Shown here in pieces: positions 11,886 to 23,500 of a stretch of DNA of 64,000 nucleotides. Made by a program: the position numbers and the translations under genes. Source of the DNA: Bugula neritina (lineage: Eukaryota > Animalia > Bryozoa); contig OZ037768.1 of the NCBI GenBank assembly GCA_964035545.1, forward strand, positions 14,207,675 to 14,271,674. Direction: 5' to 3'. The first letter of the stretch is position 1. Each line of letters begins with the position of its first letter. Below the pieces are notes generated by a model. The model was not told the DNA's origin and did no database searches. It saw nothing but the letters and a program-made list of their open reading frames with translations.

Positions 11886-14800
11886 TTATTGGAGGTGGTG
11901 CACCAGGCTTTCTATCTCTTCAGTACATCGGTCAAGGATACTGGACCAGGCCTGGATTGCACTATCCAGGACGCACTCGCGGTAAGGAGGTGCCACATTT
12001 TGCCGGTGACGGGGCAATTGCGGGTGGGGCGGCTGAATCTTCTCTCCTATTTGGCTGACTGGCGCTCCAGGCTCTTTGTCTAGTCTTGCCAGTGCTACCC
12101 GTAGAGGCTGGGTAGTGGCTGCGGCAGCGCCATCTCCAATCAGCTGAGCAGGTAGCAGGGGCGTGGCCCCATCTTCCTTCTCTTGAGGGGGTTCCAAGTC
12201 GGTCAGGGGTATGGGGTATCGCCACCTACCTTGGCCAACATTACCCGAAAGAGCTGGGTATCTGTTGTCCAGGTGACTGTGCTGGTCTGGGGGCTGTTGC
12301 TTTTGAAGAAGTCCTGTACTGCCAGGGCTATTCTGCAACTGAGACTCGGAGTTTTTACCCGTACTGGGTGTACCACTCCTTTGTGGGGACATCTCCATGT
12401 GTCCCACGTGATAGTCCGCCAAATATCTGGGTGGTTTCCTATCTCTTTGACTCCTCAATGGATGGGCAGGCACTTGTAGTGCCAGTGGCTCTTCAGTTGC
12501 CAATGTAGGGGGGTCCCCGCCTTCACTCGTAACATGGGTGGGGGTGTCCTCCCCCGAGAGGGGTGGTGGCCCTAGGGCCTGCTGCTGCTGCCGCCGTTCC
12601 TGCCTTTTCTGCTGTTCAAGCTGTTCCAGCAGGGCGGCCTGTCCCTGATCTGCCTCCCTTGGGACGACAATTTCCACTTTTCGGGGTTGGGTAGTCCTTC
12701 CCCGATGGTTGGGCTGGCGGTTGGGCTCCAAGAGGGGTGGTGCCTGACCCACTGCGTCTGGGCTGGCATGGTAAGGTTTCAGGCGCTGCTCGCTCTGGAC
12801 CGAGACCTGGCCAGAGCGCTCCACACGGTACGTGTGGTTCGGCAGCACCTCCACTACACAGTAGGGACCGACGAACTTGGGCTGAAGCTTAGCCGACTGT
12901 CCGCGTCGCCTACAATAGCTCACCATCCAGACCCAGTCTCCCACCTGGTACAACGGGGGCTCTTCCGAGTCCTCTGTGCGGGTCTGCCACTGCTGGGTAC
13001 GCAGTGCATCATGAGCTTTGCCCATGATGTCTATCAGACCCTCCACATACTCGTGTACCGGTGACTCGGGGGCAGGAACATGGTATGTCAGGTGTTCCGG
13101 AACCCGACTCTCTCGGCCTAGCATCAGGAAGTTTGGGGTCTCCTGCGTGGCGGAGTGTGGTGTGCTGCGGTAGGCCCGCATGATTTGCGGCAGCACCACG
13201 TCTCATTCTTCCTGACCTCGACCAAGGAGCAGGCTCCTGAGGGCGTCACCCAACATCCTGTTGTTCCGCTCAACGACTTCGTTCCCTTGCAGGTGATATG
13301 GGGTGGTCCGACTCTGGTTCACCCCCCATATCCGGCAGAGGTCTCCCATGAGCTGGGACTGGAACTGGGCACCCTGGTCCGTATGTATCTGCTCGGGTAA
13401 ACCGAGGTAACAGAATACATGTTGGTCCAGGGTCCGGGCCACCGTGGGGGCTGTTGCGTCTGGAATAGCCAGAGCATCTGCCCACCGGGTAAAGTGGTCC
13501 GTGAGCACCAGTATCCAGGTGTTCTCTCTGGCGGATAACGGCATAGGCCCGACGAGGTCTACCGCCACTACTTGCCACGGTCGACCAGCGTACAACCGGC
13601 GTCGACCAGTGGTTTCCGTGGGGCGGCCATGCTTGCTAGCTTGGCAGACCTCGCATTGCCGTACCCGCAGTCGTACGTCCCGAGTCATTCCGGGCCAATA
13701 CCAACGCAGCCGCAGACACCTGATGACCCGACTGACTCCAGAATGAGCCTGCTTATGGGTGTCCCAGATCAGTTCCCGTCGGAGGGCGCGTGGACAGACG
13801 ACGCGGTCTCTCTCCTGCTGACGGTTGTCTGCTGCTAACCTTATCATAAGGAGGCCATCAGGACTGACCTTGAGGGCATCCCAACGACGACAGAGGAGTT
13901 GGAACTCAACGTCTCCCTGCCGCTGCTGTTCCTCGCTAGGTCGTCGGCCCTCCTTCTTGGCCCGGAAAATATCTGCTACCGCACCGGGTAGCGTCTCCTG
14001 GAGTCGGCACAGCTCCTTGACATTCTGGTACAGAGTGGGGTTGGCGTGGAGCGCCTGGACGTCGTCTGAGTGGGTTTCGGTCCAAAGATGGCCGTGCTCC
14101 CACCGATAGACGGCGCCTTCCCCTAACTCTGTTTCCACGTCAAGGCGAGCGGGTTCCCCGTCCCGCTTTTCAATGTGCAGGCATTGCTTACAGTCCTCTA
14201 CCGGCCGGCGGCTCATGCCGTTGGCGTTCCCGTGCTTTCGGCCAGCACGGTGCTCTATCCGGTAAGAGAACTCGGCAAGAATCTCTAGCCAACGAGCTAC
14301 CTGGCTCGAGGGCTCCGCACGTTTACACAACCATATCAGTGATGCATGGTCTGTTCGCAAACGAAACGTTCTCCCATACAGATATGGCCGAAAGTGCTTG
14401 ACCGCCTTGACTACTGCTAGGAGTTCCTTCCTAGTGGTGCAGTAGTTCTTCTCGGCGGCCGCGAGAGTCTTGCTGTAGTAAGCCACGACCACCTCACTTC
14501 CACCTTGGACTTGAGACAGGACAGCTCCCACGCTGTGGTCACTGGCGTCGGTGTCCAGGATGTACTCCTTGGCTGGATCAAGATACGCCAGAATTGGCGC
14601 CTCCATTAGCCGTTGCTTGAGGTGGTCGAATGCCTGCTGCTCCTCCTGCGTCCACTGCCACCGGACCCCTTTTGCGGTCAGCCGATTTAACGGCTGAGCC
14701 ACTCCTGCGAAGCCAGGTATGTACTGCCGGTAGTACCCTACTAGGCCCAGGAATGCGCGCAACTCAGGGAGGTCACGGGGGACAGTCCACTCCTTCACAG

Positions 14801-16805
14801 CCTGTACCTTCTCTGGGTCGGTAGCGACCCCATCACGGCCCACCACATGGCCCAGGTACGTGACTTCCAGCTGCAAGAGTGCACACTTGGAGGGCTTCAG
14901 CTTGAGTCCAGCTGCCCGGAGGCGGTCAAAGACCTCCCGCAGACGACTGACATGAGTCGAAAAGTCTGGGGAGATGACAATGACGTCGTCCAGATAGATG
15001 AGGAGGGTCTTCCAGTGTAATCCACTGAGGACCTGCTCCATGAGCCGTTGGAAAGTTGCCGGGGCGGACGTTAGTCCAAACGGCAGTACTTTCCACTTCC
15101 AGAGCCCGTCGCGAGTAATGAATGCTGCTTTGTCCTGGGCATCAGGACTGAGAGGCACTTGCCAGTACCCGCTAAGCAGATCCAAAGTACTGAAGTACTT
15201 GCTACCCGCGAGGGCATCCAGAGACTCATCTATCCGTGGGAGAGGGTAGGCGTCTTGGATGGTAACGCTGTTGAGTCTGCGGTAGTCCACGCAGAATCTC
15301 CAGCTACCATCCTTCTTCTTGACCAGGACTACTGGAGAGCTCCACGCACCGTGGGCAGGCTCAATCAGATCCCGGTTGAGAAGATCCTGTACCTGTTGGC
15401 TCACCTCCTTCTCCTTCTCCGGGCCTAGACGCCGGGTGGGCTGCCTGATGGGAGTGGTGCCGGCTGCCAGGGGTATCTCGTGAGAGATAACCTTAGTCAG
15501 CCCCATGTCTTCATCACCACGACTGAAGACATCACTGTACTCCGCGAGTAGTTGAGCCAGTACTTGGCGTTCAGTACTACTCGTACAGTTGCCGCACGCT
15601 CCATCGTACAGGTCAGCCATATGCTCCGGGACTGCTTTTCGGCTGGTGCAAGGGGGGTTTCCCTGGGTATCGGCCACTGTTTCCAGTGCCGGACCCACAT
15701 CCGCGTCCTGGATGGAGTGGTACTTCCCCACCAGCTCTCCGGCTGATAATCGGACAGGTTCCGTGAAGGGGTTGATACACTGCACGAGGAACTCTTGCCG
15801 ACAATCTAGCCGATTCAGGCTGTTTGCTAGTCGGATCGCTCCGCGCGTTCCCTCAACCACCCCCAGGTCAGCGATCTCCTTGCAGTTGACTCTGCAGCGG
15901 AGAGTCGCTTGGGATCTTCCCGGAACTGTGCAGTCCCGCACTACCTGGACTCCGCCCACCAAGGGTCTGCCGAACTTGTCAACACAGACAAGTTCCCTTC
16001 CAGCCATCACCACCACCGACTTTTGGAAATCCATGCGGCACTGGTGTTTCTCCAGAAATGGCATTCCCAGGATGGCGTCCTCCTTCAGCTGGCTGACTAT
16101 GAATGTCTCGTGAATCACTTGATCACGGACGCGTCCAGGTAGCGTAATAACGCCGTAAAAAGGGATGCACGATCCGTCCGCCAACGTACCATGCGCACCT
16201 TCGTACGGCTCGAGGCTCGCCCGCTCTCGGGCGCCAAGGGTGTCAAAGAGACGCCTACTCAGCAGGTTTGTAGTGCACCCAGTGTCCAGTAGGAATGTGA
16301 CAGCTTTACCCGAAATTTTCCCGGGTAGGAAGTAGCTGCTTCCATACGGTTGGGTGCTCCTGGAGTGGTTAGTCTCTGGGGGAGACACAACTTGGGTCCG
16401 CACAGCGGGCCTCCTCATCGTCTTAGAGACAACGGGGGTTTTCTGCGGTCGGGAGGGCAGCTTGGGGTACTCTTGCGAGTAAGCTGAGTCCTCCTCCACG
16501 ACTTCCTCGGGCAACCCCGCGAACCGGTTGTGGAGTGGCCAGGCCGGAGGATCGGGTAGACCTTGCGATCTCCGAGATCTCCGAGGTGCCTGCCATCCTA
16601 CGTCTTCTGACTCCATCCGGGTGTTGAGTGGCATGGCCGGAGGATCGGGTAAACCTTTCGGTTTCCGAGATCTCCGAGGTGCCTGCCATCCCATCTTGTC
16701 AGACGCTGTAGGGATCTTCTTGGTCATTCCCTGACCCCTCCCCCGGATGGGGTTGGCTGGGGGCCCACGGTCGGCGGAAGTTACCGTGAGCCTCGGTTGT
16801 TTAAA
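11886..16805 (-). pseudogene. pol: Gypsy Pol (protease, RT, RNase H, integrase) with one premature stop
   Basis: FLLDTGC, YLDD, DTDAS, HKQAH..CEVC, DLVG/TDQG/E and GPY motifs. ORFs 13203-16727 and 11886-13199 are in frame and separated only by TGA at 13203-13205 (EE*DVV, expected EEWD). The frame stays open up to the slippery site at 16799-16805. Confidence 0.93.
16762..16805 (-). promoter_or_regulatory. Candidate -1 programmed ribosomal frameshift signal (gag-pol)
   Basis: U_UUA_AAC in the gag frame, 6-nt spacer, then a 10-bp stem GGCUCACGGU/ACCGUGGGCC; a -1 shift joins the pol frame with no stop. Confidence 0.8.
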
Positions 16806-17713
16806 GGCAAGCTACCTTTGGGGCAATGTCTCTTCACATGCCCAGACGCTCCACATCCCCAGCGGGTAAGCTGCGAGGGGCGGACAGGGTCGTCCCGTAC
16901 CCGGGGAGCCCGCCTATCCGCCTGGTTTCGTTGTAGTTGGGTTACCGTAGCCTGTAGACCCTTCATCATGTCTACTAACACGGCGAGCTGCGCCTGTTCC
17001 GGCGACGGAGTCGTTGCTGCCGACACTTGTGGAGTTATGGGTGTGGCGTCCTCTGGGTTCTCTTCGGCTACCTGGTAAGCGGTGAAGCTCCTCTCTTGGA
17101 GCCCTTCTACCTGGAAGTATGACTTGCCCATCTTCAGGGCTTCCTCCAAGGTGCAAACTTTGGCGGCCAGCCAGTAGCGCTGCAGGCCAGAGTCGTTGAC
17201 GCTTTTAAAGAATGCATTATACACCAGGCGCTTCCTCTCTGCACCTGTGGCGTGGCTGTAAGCAGCCTGGGCCAACCGTTCCACCGTGTTTGCATGTTCT
17301 TCCAACGTCGTCTTGCGGTTTCGCCTCAGTGCCTGTAGGCGATCCACAGCCTCTTCGGCTGTCTGGCCGAATCGGGCCCTGAAGGCCCGCAGGATATGGG
17401 CTTCATCAGGCCCAAGAGCAAAGCTCTTTGCCTGGCCTGTCAAACAGGACCGGAGTTGAAGTATGCGCACCGGGGCTGGCCATTCAGCGATGGTGGCCAC
17501 ATCTTCGAACTCGCGGATGAACTGCTCCACGTCCTCCTCCCCTCCGAAATTTGGGAGCCTGAGGCGGTACCTGTCACCAGGTGGCGCCTGACTTGGCTCC
17601 CGCAATCCCTGGAGGGCTGCAACCAAAGCCTCTACTGTGAGGGTTGGTGTCTCCGTCTCCGTTGCCCCAGGGGCTGTTTCCCCTGGCGGAGCCATCTCGT
17701 TCTCCTTTGGCAA
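16781..17713 (-). CDS. gag: Gypsy Gag (310 aa), zinc knuckle with first Cys replaced by Arg
   Basis: F.GEEDVEQFIREFE capsid-like motif; C-terminal R-WG-C-GASG-H-VKRH-C, a CX2CX4HX4C with TGC changed to CGC. Confidence 0.9.
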   Translation of the reverse strand: MPKENEMAPPGETAPGATETETPTLTVEALVAALQGLREPSQAPPGDRYRLRLPNFGGEEDVEQFIREFEDVATIAEWPAPVRILQLRSCLTGQAKSFALGPDEAHILRAFRARFGQTAEEAVDRLQALRRNRKTTLEEHANTVERLAQAAYSHATGAERKRLVYNAFFKSVNDSGLQRYWLAAKVCTLEEALKMGKSYFQVEGLQERSFTAYQVAEENPEDATPITPQVSAATTPSPEQAQLAVLVDMMKGLQATVTQLQRNQADRRAPRVRDDPVRPSQLTRWGCGASGHVKRHCPKGSLPLNNRGSR

Positions 17714-17726
17714 CTAGTTATTCGAA

Positions 17727-17744
17727 ATCCCACCGCTGCCACCA
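17727..17744 (-). promoter_or_regulatory. Primer-binding site complementary to the tRNA-Leu 3' end
   Basis: Minus strand TGGTGGCAGCGGTGGGAT, 1 nt from the LTR; complement of ...AUCCCACCGCUGCCA-CCA of metazoan tRNA-Leu. Confidence 0.9.
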
Positions 17745-17745
17745 A

Positions 17746-18373
17746 TGTGATATTTTTGTGGGTTGAATAAAACTAGTGCCTGAACATACTCTTTGTTAGA
17801 GAGAACAAGATGTATTGTATAGTTGAAGAAATCTTTATTTAGTTGAATTATATATAATAGTGAAGGTCCTCTGCCAGTGAGCTCCAGTAGTAGACTGAAC
17901 TACACTGGAGCTCGCTGGCTTTTATATACAACAAGATACAGTGCTTTTTCATTGTTGCCGAGATCGGAGGCCCGAAACGCCGAAAATCGGCATTTCGGGC
18001 GTCCGAAACGCCGAATTTCGACACTTCGGGCTTCCGGTAGCCCGAAATGCCGATTTTCGGTATTTCGGCACTTCGGAAAACCGAAATGTCAATCTCGCAA
18101 CCGGAAACAAGTACATGCAAAAATCTACTACACAATTACAGCATAAAAATTGATACGCAACACTAGTACAAGAAATATTACATAACTTCAGAATGCGTAT
18201 TTCAGTAAAATTACATTATGTTGAAAGCTTCAACAGTAATTACCATACTTAGGCATTAGCAAGCTAGCTTATTTAACTATAATTACAGAGTTGATAACGA
18301 TACGCAACAGTATTTATAATATACTGTTGCACGCTGTTATTTCGCAACTAATAGAGGGTAAAAATCCATTACA
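17746..18373 (-). repeat. 5' LTR of Gypsy element 1
   Basis: Direct repeat of 11055-11682; followed on the minus strand by the PBS. Confidence 0.97.
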
Positions 18374-18905
18374 ATATTCACATTAAAATCACAGCGAAGC
18401 TTTAACTTTATAGCTTTGTATTTATGTGCATGATTGAGTTTTAATTTTTCTTTTAATTTTATGTGCATTAAAAATGTGTTTAAAAACTTTACCAATAAAA
18501 AAAATTTAAAAGAATGTACACATAAAATAGAAAAAAAAATAAAATAACAAAAGTGGCAAAATTTTTCCTTTATAACTTATATAAACTCGCAGTACCAATC
18601 TCGGCATAATGGCGCCTATATGATTCCGTAAGATTTGCTAATGGCAACACTCTTAAATATACCACACTGGTCACCCTCACAATAATTGGCCCTTCGCTAA
18701 AACTTTGCTGGTCGCAGTAAGTAGTTGGTCAACAACGTAGTTTGTGAGACTAGGAGACTCATCTTTGCGAGTATTCTACTACGTCTAGTTCTACTCTCTC
18801 GTGTGAAAAATAGCAATACTTTGAAGATTTTAATGTCGAAATACACATGCTGTATGCTTCATGTTAGATTTAGTGTTTCAGAATGGAACTTTTATAGTAA
18901 ATGTA

Positions 18906-20412
18906 ATGGAGGAAGATGTTGTCGTGACTTTAGAAGAGCAAGTCTTCAATGGAAACGTTAGAGAATGGATTGTGAGTATAACTATAACTTATAAGTATAA
19001 GTATTCTGCTATTCGTTTTCATTTGTTCTTCCAATGTTAGAATTAATATAATCATAAACATATTACTTATCATAAAAAGGGATATAGTCATAGTTTAAGT
19101 TACTGTTATACTAATACTAATAGTAATACTAATAGTAATACTTAGTGTTAACAGTTGAGTTTTAGATTTAAAATTAAATTTAATCATTTAATTTTATAAT
19201 TATAGCTGAAACCTTAACTTGTAACAGTATGTGTAACACTAACAGTAGCTGTAATGCGTAGTAATTAGTTATACTTATAGTTTTAGTATGGGTTATTTTT
19301 TATAATTAGACACCATCGGCATCATCACCATCCTCATACTCATAGTATGATAGTGTCATAGCTATCACACTCTGGCTCACAGTCACCCAATCTCATATTG
19401 ATAACAATACTTATAGTTATACTAATAATAATAGTATTACTAAATCCAAGAGCAATAGTTATGCTTATGCCTTATAATGATAGTATTGCTATTGCTATTA
19501 GTATTACTATTAGTATTAGTAAGACTAATAGTATACTATACATATTAGTCATACTAATAACTAATAAGTATTGGTATTACTATCACTAAAAGTATATATA
19601 TATAAGTATAGCTATAAGTCATCAGATCAAAAGGTCTAAGGCATGAGCGTAGTCGCTAGTCATAGGCATAAAGCACAGTCTCGTCTTGATCGTAGCATAA
19701 AACCACATTAAACTTTAAAGTGAAAATCACCATAGTACTACTGATGCTGACAGTGATAGTTACGGACCCATGATCTTAACACTGGCAGTCAAACTCTATG
19801 AAAATGTCTCACTCATTTCGATTGTGAGTGTGATAGGTGACCTAAGGGTACCCAATCCCATGGTTTTAATTATGTTTATATAGATTTCCAAGTATATACT
19901 CATAAAAATTTTAGTATGCTTTACTGTTACTAATACTTAATAGTAACAATATTATGGTTACCAGGATTAACTGTAATTTATTACAATTGGTGATAGTTCC
20001 CAATATTAATAGTAATAATTACTAATAAGTATTAAAATTATTTAAATTAATGATTGTAACTAGTAATTTTAAATTTGTCTTCAATGAAATACTAAATTTT
20101 AAAAATATAATTTTTTAAGACTTATTAGTTGTTATCATGGTAATTACACATTGTCACTAAAAAATAGTTTCATATCAAGACAGTATAGAGGTGGCCAGAT
20201 GTTAAATGTTCTAACCCAACAGCTAAGTTCATCATGACAGCCACAACATTTATCAACTCTAAATCCTTGAAGTTTGCGTTGTACTGCATAGTTTTGGATA
20301 CAATTTACAATTATATAATTATATAATTATATATATATGTATATATGTATGTATATATATATATATTTTTTTTTTAAATATTGAGTTCTTTTGATTCATT
20401 TTTAATTATAGA

Positions 20413-20506
<94 letters not shown>

Positions 20507-23500
20507 GAATCTTTATAAATAAAGGGAATATGCACCGTACGGCAGTTATCTATGCATTTTTTCTTATAACTGCATCTCACAGTTTCTAAGTAAATTTCAG
20601 TTTTACACAAATCCTGAAGTGCCAAGGTCATATTCTAATGATTATTCTGTATCCACATCAGTTTTAGTATGTTTCAAATTACAGCATGTTACTACTTCTT
20701 GAAATCTTTTACGTAATTGGTGAGATGTTAACTATAATTATTAGGAGCAATGTTTTACAGCAGTGATTATTAGTGCTGCAGAACTTATTGAAGCAAAATT
20801 ATTCCAATTGGTGCAAATCAATATAATGTATTTTAATTATTGACTGAAGGCATTTATTATTCGTTAGGCAAATAAATAAAAATGATATAAAATATGTATT
20901 TAATGGGAAAAATTAATGTTCTAATATGATGTTAAACTATCATTTTAAAGCATGAAATTTTCTAATTGAAGAACTGAACACCCAAAACAGTGACTCACAA
21001 AAATGTTGCAGGTTCTAGCTAAACCCATTTGTTCAACCTTTCAACCTATTTTTAAGAATTTTGGTTGCTACAAAAGTTCAAGGATTTGAATTAGGAACAT
21101 TATCATCCTCTGATTAATAAAAGTTAAGGCATGGCCACACACTCGTGAGAATCACATGAAAGCGTCTAATTGACACGAAAACACAATCGTACGAAAAAAT
21201 TTGAAGGAATTCAAACGAAATTGTCTTCGTTAGGTGTACACAACAAAGGCAATGGACGAAAAATCACAATCAACAATAAGCACCATTTGATTGGTCAATA
21301 AAATTTTAGCAACAGTAATTATTTCATCTCTACCATGTTTCTGTGTCTGGCAATTTTCTGCTGTTTGTATCTCATGCAAGACTCATTCACAGACTATTTA
21401 TTAAGTGTTTCGTCCAACGAGAGTGTGGCTGGTCATACGAGAGGATAACTCACAAAAATCGTCACACGATTTCGTGTGATTCTCACGAGCATGAGGCTAA
21501 ACCTTTACTCATAAAACTCAGACTGATAAATCTCGTGAGCTTTGAACCCTGCCTGGCTTATGGACTATTACAAGAATAATTTCTGCCTAATTGAAGTTTG
21601 AATTTCTATATCATGTATGTGCTTAATTGCATCACTGTTTCTGTTGATGTTTTGCATTTTCTGCTTGTTTAGAAAGTTACTTTTTCAGTCTTTTCATTTG
21701 TAAGCATTGATTTGTTGAATGGTCACTAGCTGCCTGAGCATGAAATGGACTTTTTGTACTATAAACTTTGTCTTTGGCCAAAGGTTAATCTTTGCATTAG
21801 CCAAAGGGTATTTTATCCCTCAGTCTGCTTGGGTTATGTTTTCAGCTTTTACGTAGTTGGTTAGTTTCAACCTACTAGACTTATGCAGCAGCATATTGCT
21901 GGCCCTATATACTTATGTAGTTACCCTTATTCTACTATCTAAACAGTAACAACAATAATAGATGAATAAGTATAACATTTCAAGTATATACGTTTCTAAA
22001 AATATAAAGATTATTGTTGGTCAACTAGAACAAACTTGCAAAATACATAACTGCTGCCTTTGCTGCTGCCTTTACCTTTTACATGACCATGTGTTGTAGA
22101 TTACCATGATATTGGCTATTGTGTTGGGTGGAGCAGCTTATCTAGTCTTGGGTTATTATAAGAAAAGGCGGGAGAGGGAAGAACTTTGTGGTGGTAAGTT
22201 TATTCATTAAATGTTTGGCAAAGAAAGCCTAGTGAAAGCTGGGGATGGGGAATAATTATTGGGTTAGTCTTGTTGATTGTACTTGACTGTATAGAAGAAT
22301 AATGACCTACCAAATGCGACCCACCTGACTAGTATGTTTTATCAAACATTCCACAAGATTATCATTTCAGAATGTTCTAAGATTTATCATTGCCTTAGAA
22401 CTTGCATCTATTTTCTCATTACTATAGTGTTGAGAGAGAATTATTGGGTCAATACTTGCACTAATTCAATATGAAGTCAGCTGTGAACGCAGTAGTCCCT
22501 TGCAGTGCATTAAGATATCACTAGTGCATTATGGTATCTCATTCTTTTACTTATTACCCACTATTCACACTTACAGTATCGTACGCCGTAACAGCAAATA
22601 TCAGCCATTTTTACAAATGTCTGAGCTTCCTGTACGGCGGTACGGTAGGATCACACACTGCTTGAATCAAATAAGTTGGACAGAAAAACTTTTGTGTTAA
22701 CTCATTGGATATAATTGTCTAATGAAGTATCATAGATTGTACCGAATAGCGCACTTTGAAAACTTCAGCCCGGACACATTAAAAATGGCTGACATTTTAC
22801 TTTACGGTAAGTGTGAATGAGGGGAAAGACTTTCCTGTGAAGTACTTCAAGTTCTCAATAATGCATTTATCAACAAAGGTCGCCTTTGCACCTGATTACA
22901 TAGCAAAGGTTACTCTCTGCACTGATATGCTTGTTCTCTTCAGGCTGTCAATATTACATAGTAGTTGTTTACAAGCTATCAGCTGATGCTACTGTTCAAT
23001 TCCATAAACAACATCAATCCTCTAGAATATAGGTCAATATTTTGGTGCATATTCAGTGCTGTGGGGGTAGTGAGACTCTGTGAAAGTAACACAGTATAAC
23101 AAATACCACTAACAAATATTTGACTAGCAAGGTCAGCCTCATGTAGTGCTGCTATTTATTGTCTGTCCATTTTTAGGTGATAAAGAAGATGAATTTGTTT
23201 ACAGAATCTCGTGAGTATGCCTCTCTGTCTAGTTGCTATAAATTTCGCCCACGCTGCAGCTACTACTGACTCTGAGTGCTGGTGCCCTGCACCTATTCAA
23301 TATGAGTGCCTGGGCTGGCAGCAGCCAAGCAATGGCTAATTATAACTTTGTGAGAGTCAGGTGCTGCTACTACAGTCAGTAACTGCTATTAGCATCTCTC
23401 TCTTTACAGTAGCCTGTAGTAAACACAATAGTCAAGTTTTTCATTTTGGCATTTTGTGAAAGTTATTTCATAGATTTCACTATTTTTATAGTTAATTATG

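Larger units (their letters stand above)
11055..18373 (-). mobile_element. Near-intact Ty3/Gypsy LTR retrotransposon (7319 bp)
   Basis: 628-bp TG...CA LTRs at 11055-11682 and 17746-18373 (about 8 transitions by eye); ATAT TSD at 11051-11054 and 18374-18377; PBS and PPT present; domain order gag, PR, RT, RH, IN. Confidence 0.98.

Noticed and set aside
13203-13205. Programmed stop-codon readthrough in pol
   Set aside because: The TGA replaces an expected Trp inside integrase, so a simple TGG-to-TGA mutation is more likely.
17721-17744. tRNA-Leu gene (also 61058-61075)
   Set aside because: Only the 3' ~18-24 nt including CCA are present, next to LTRs: these are primer-binding sites.
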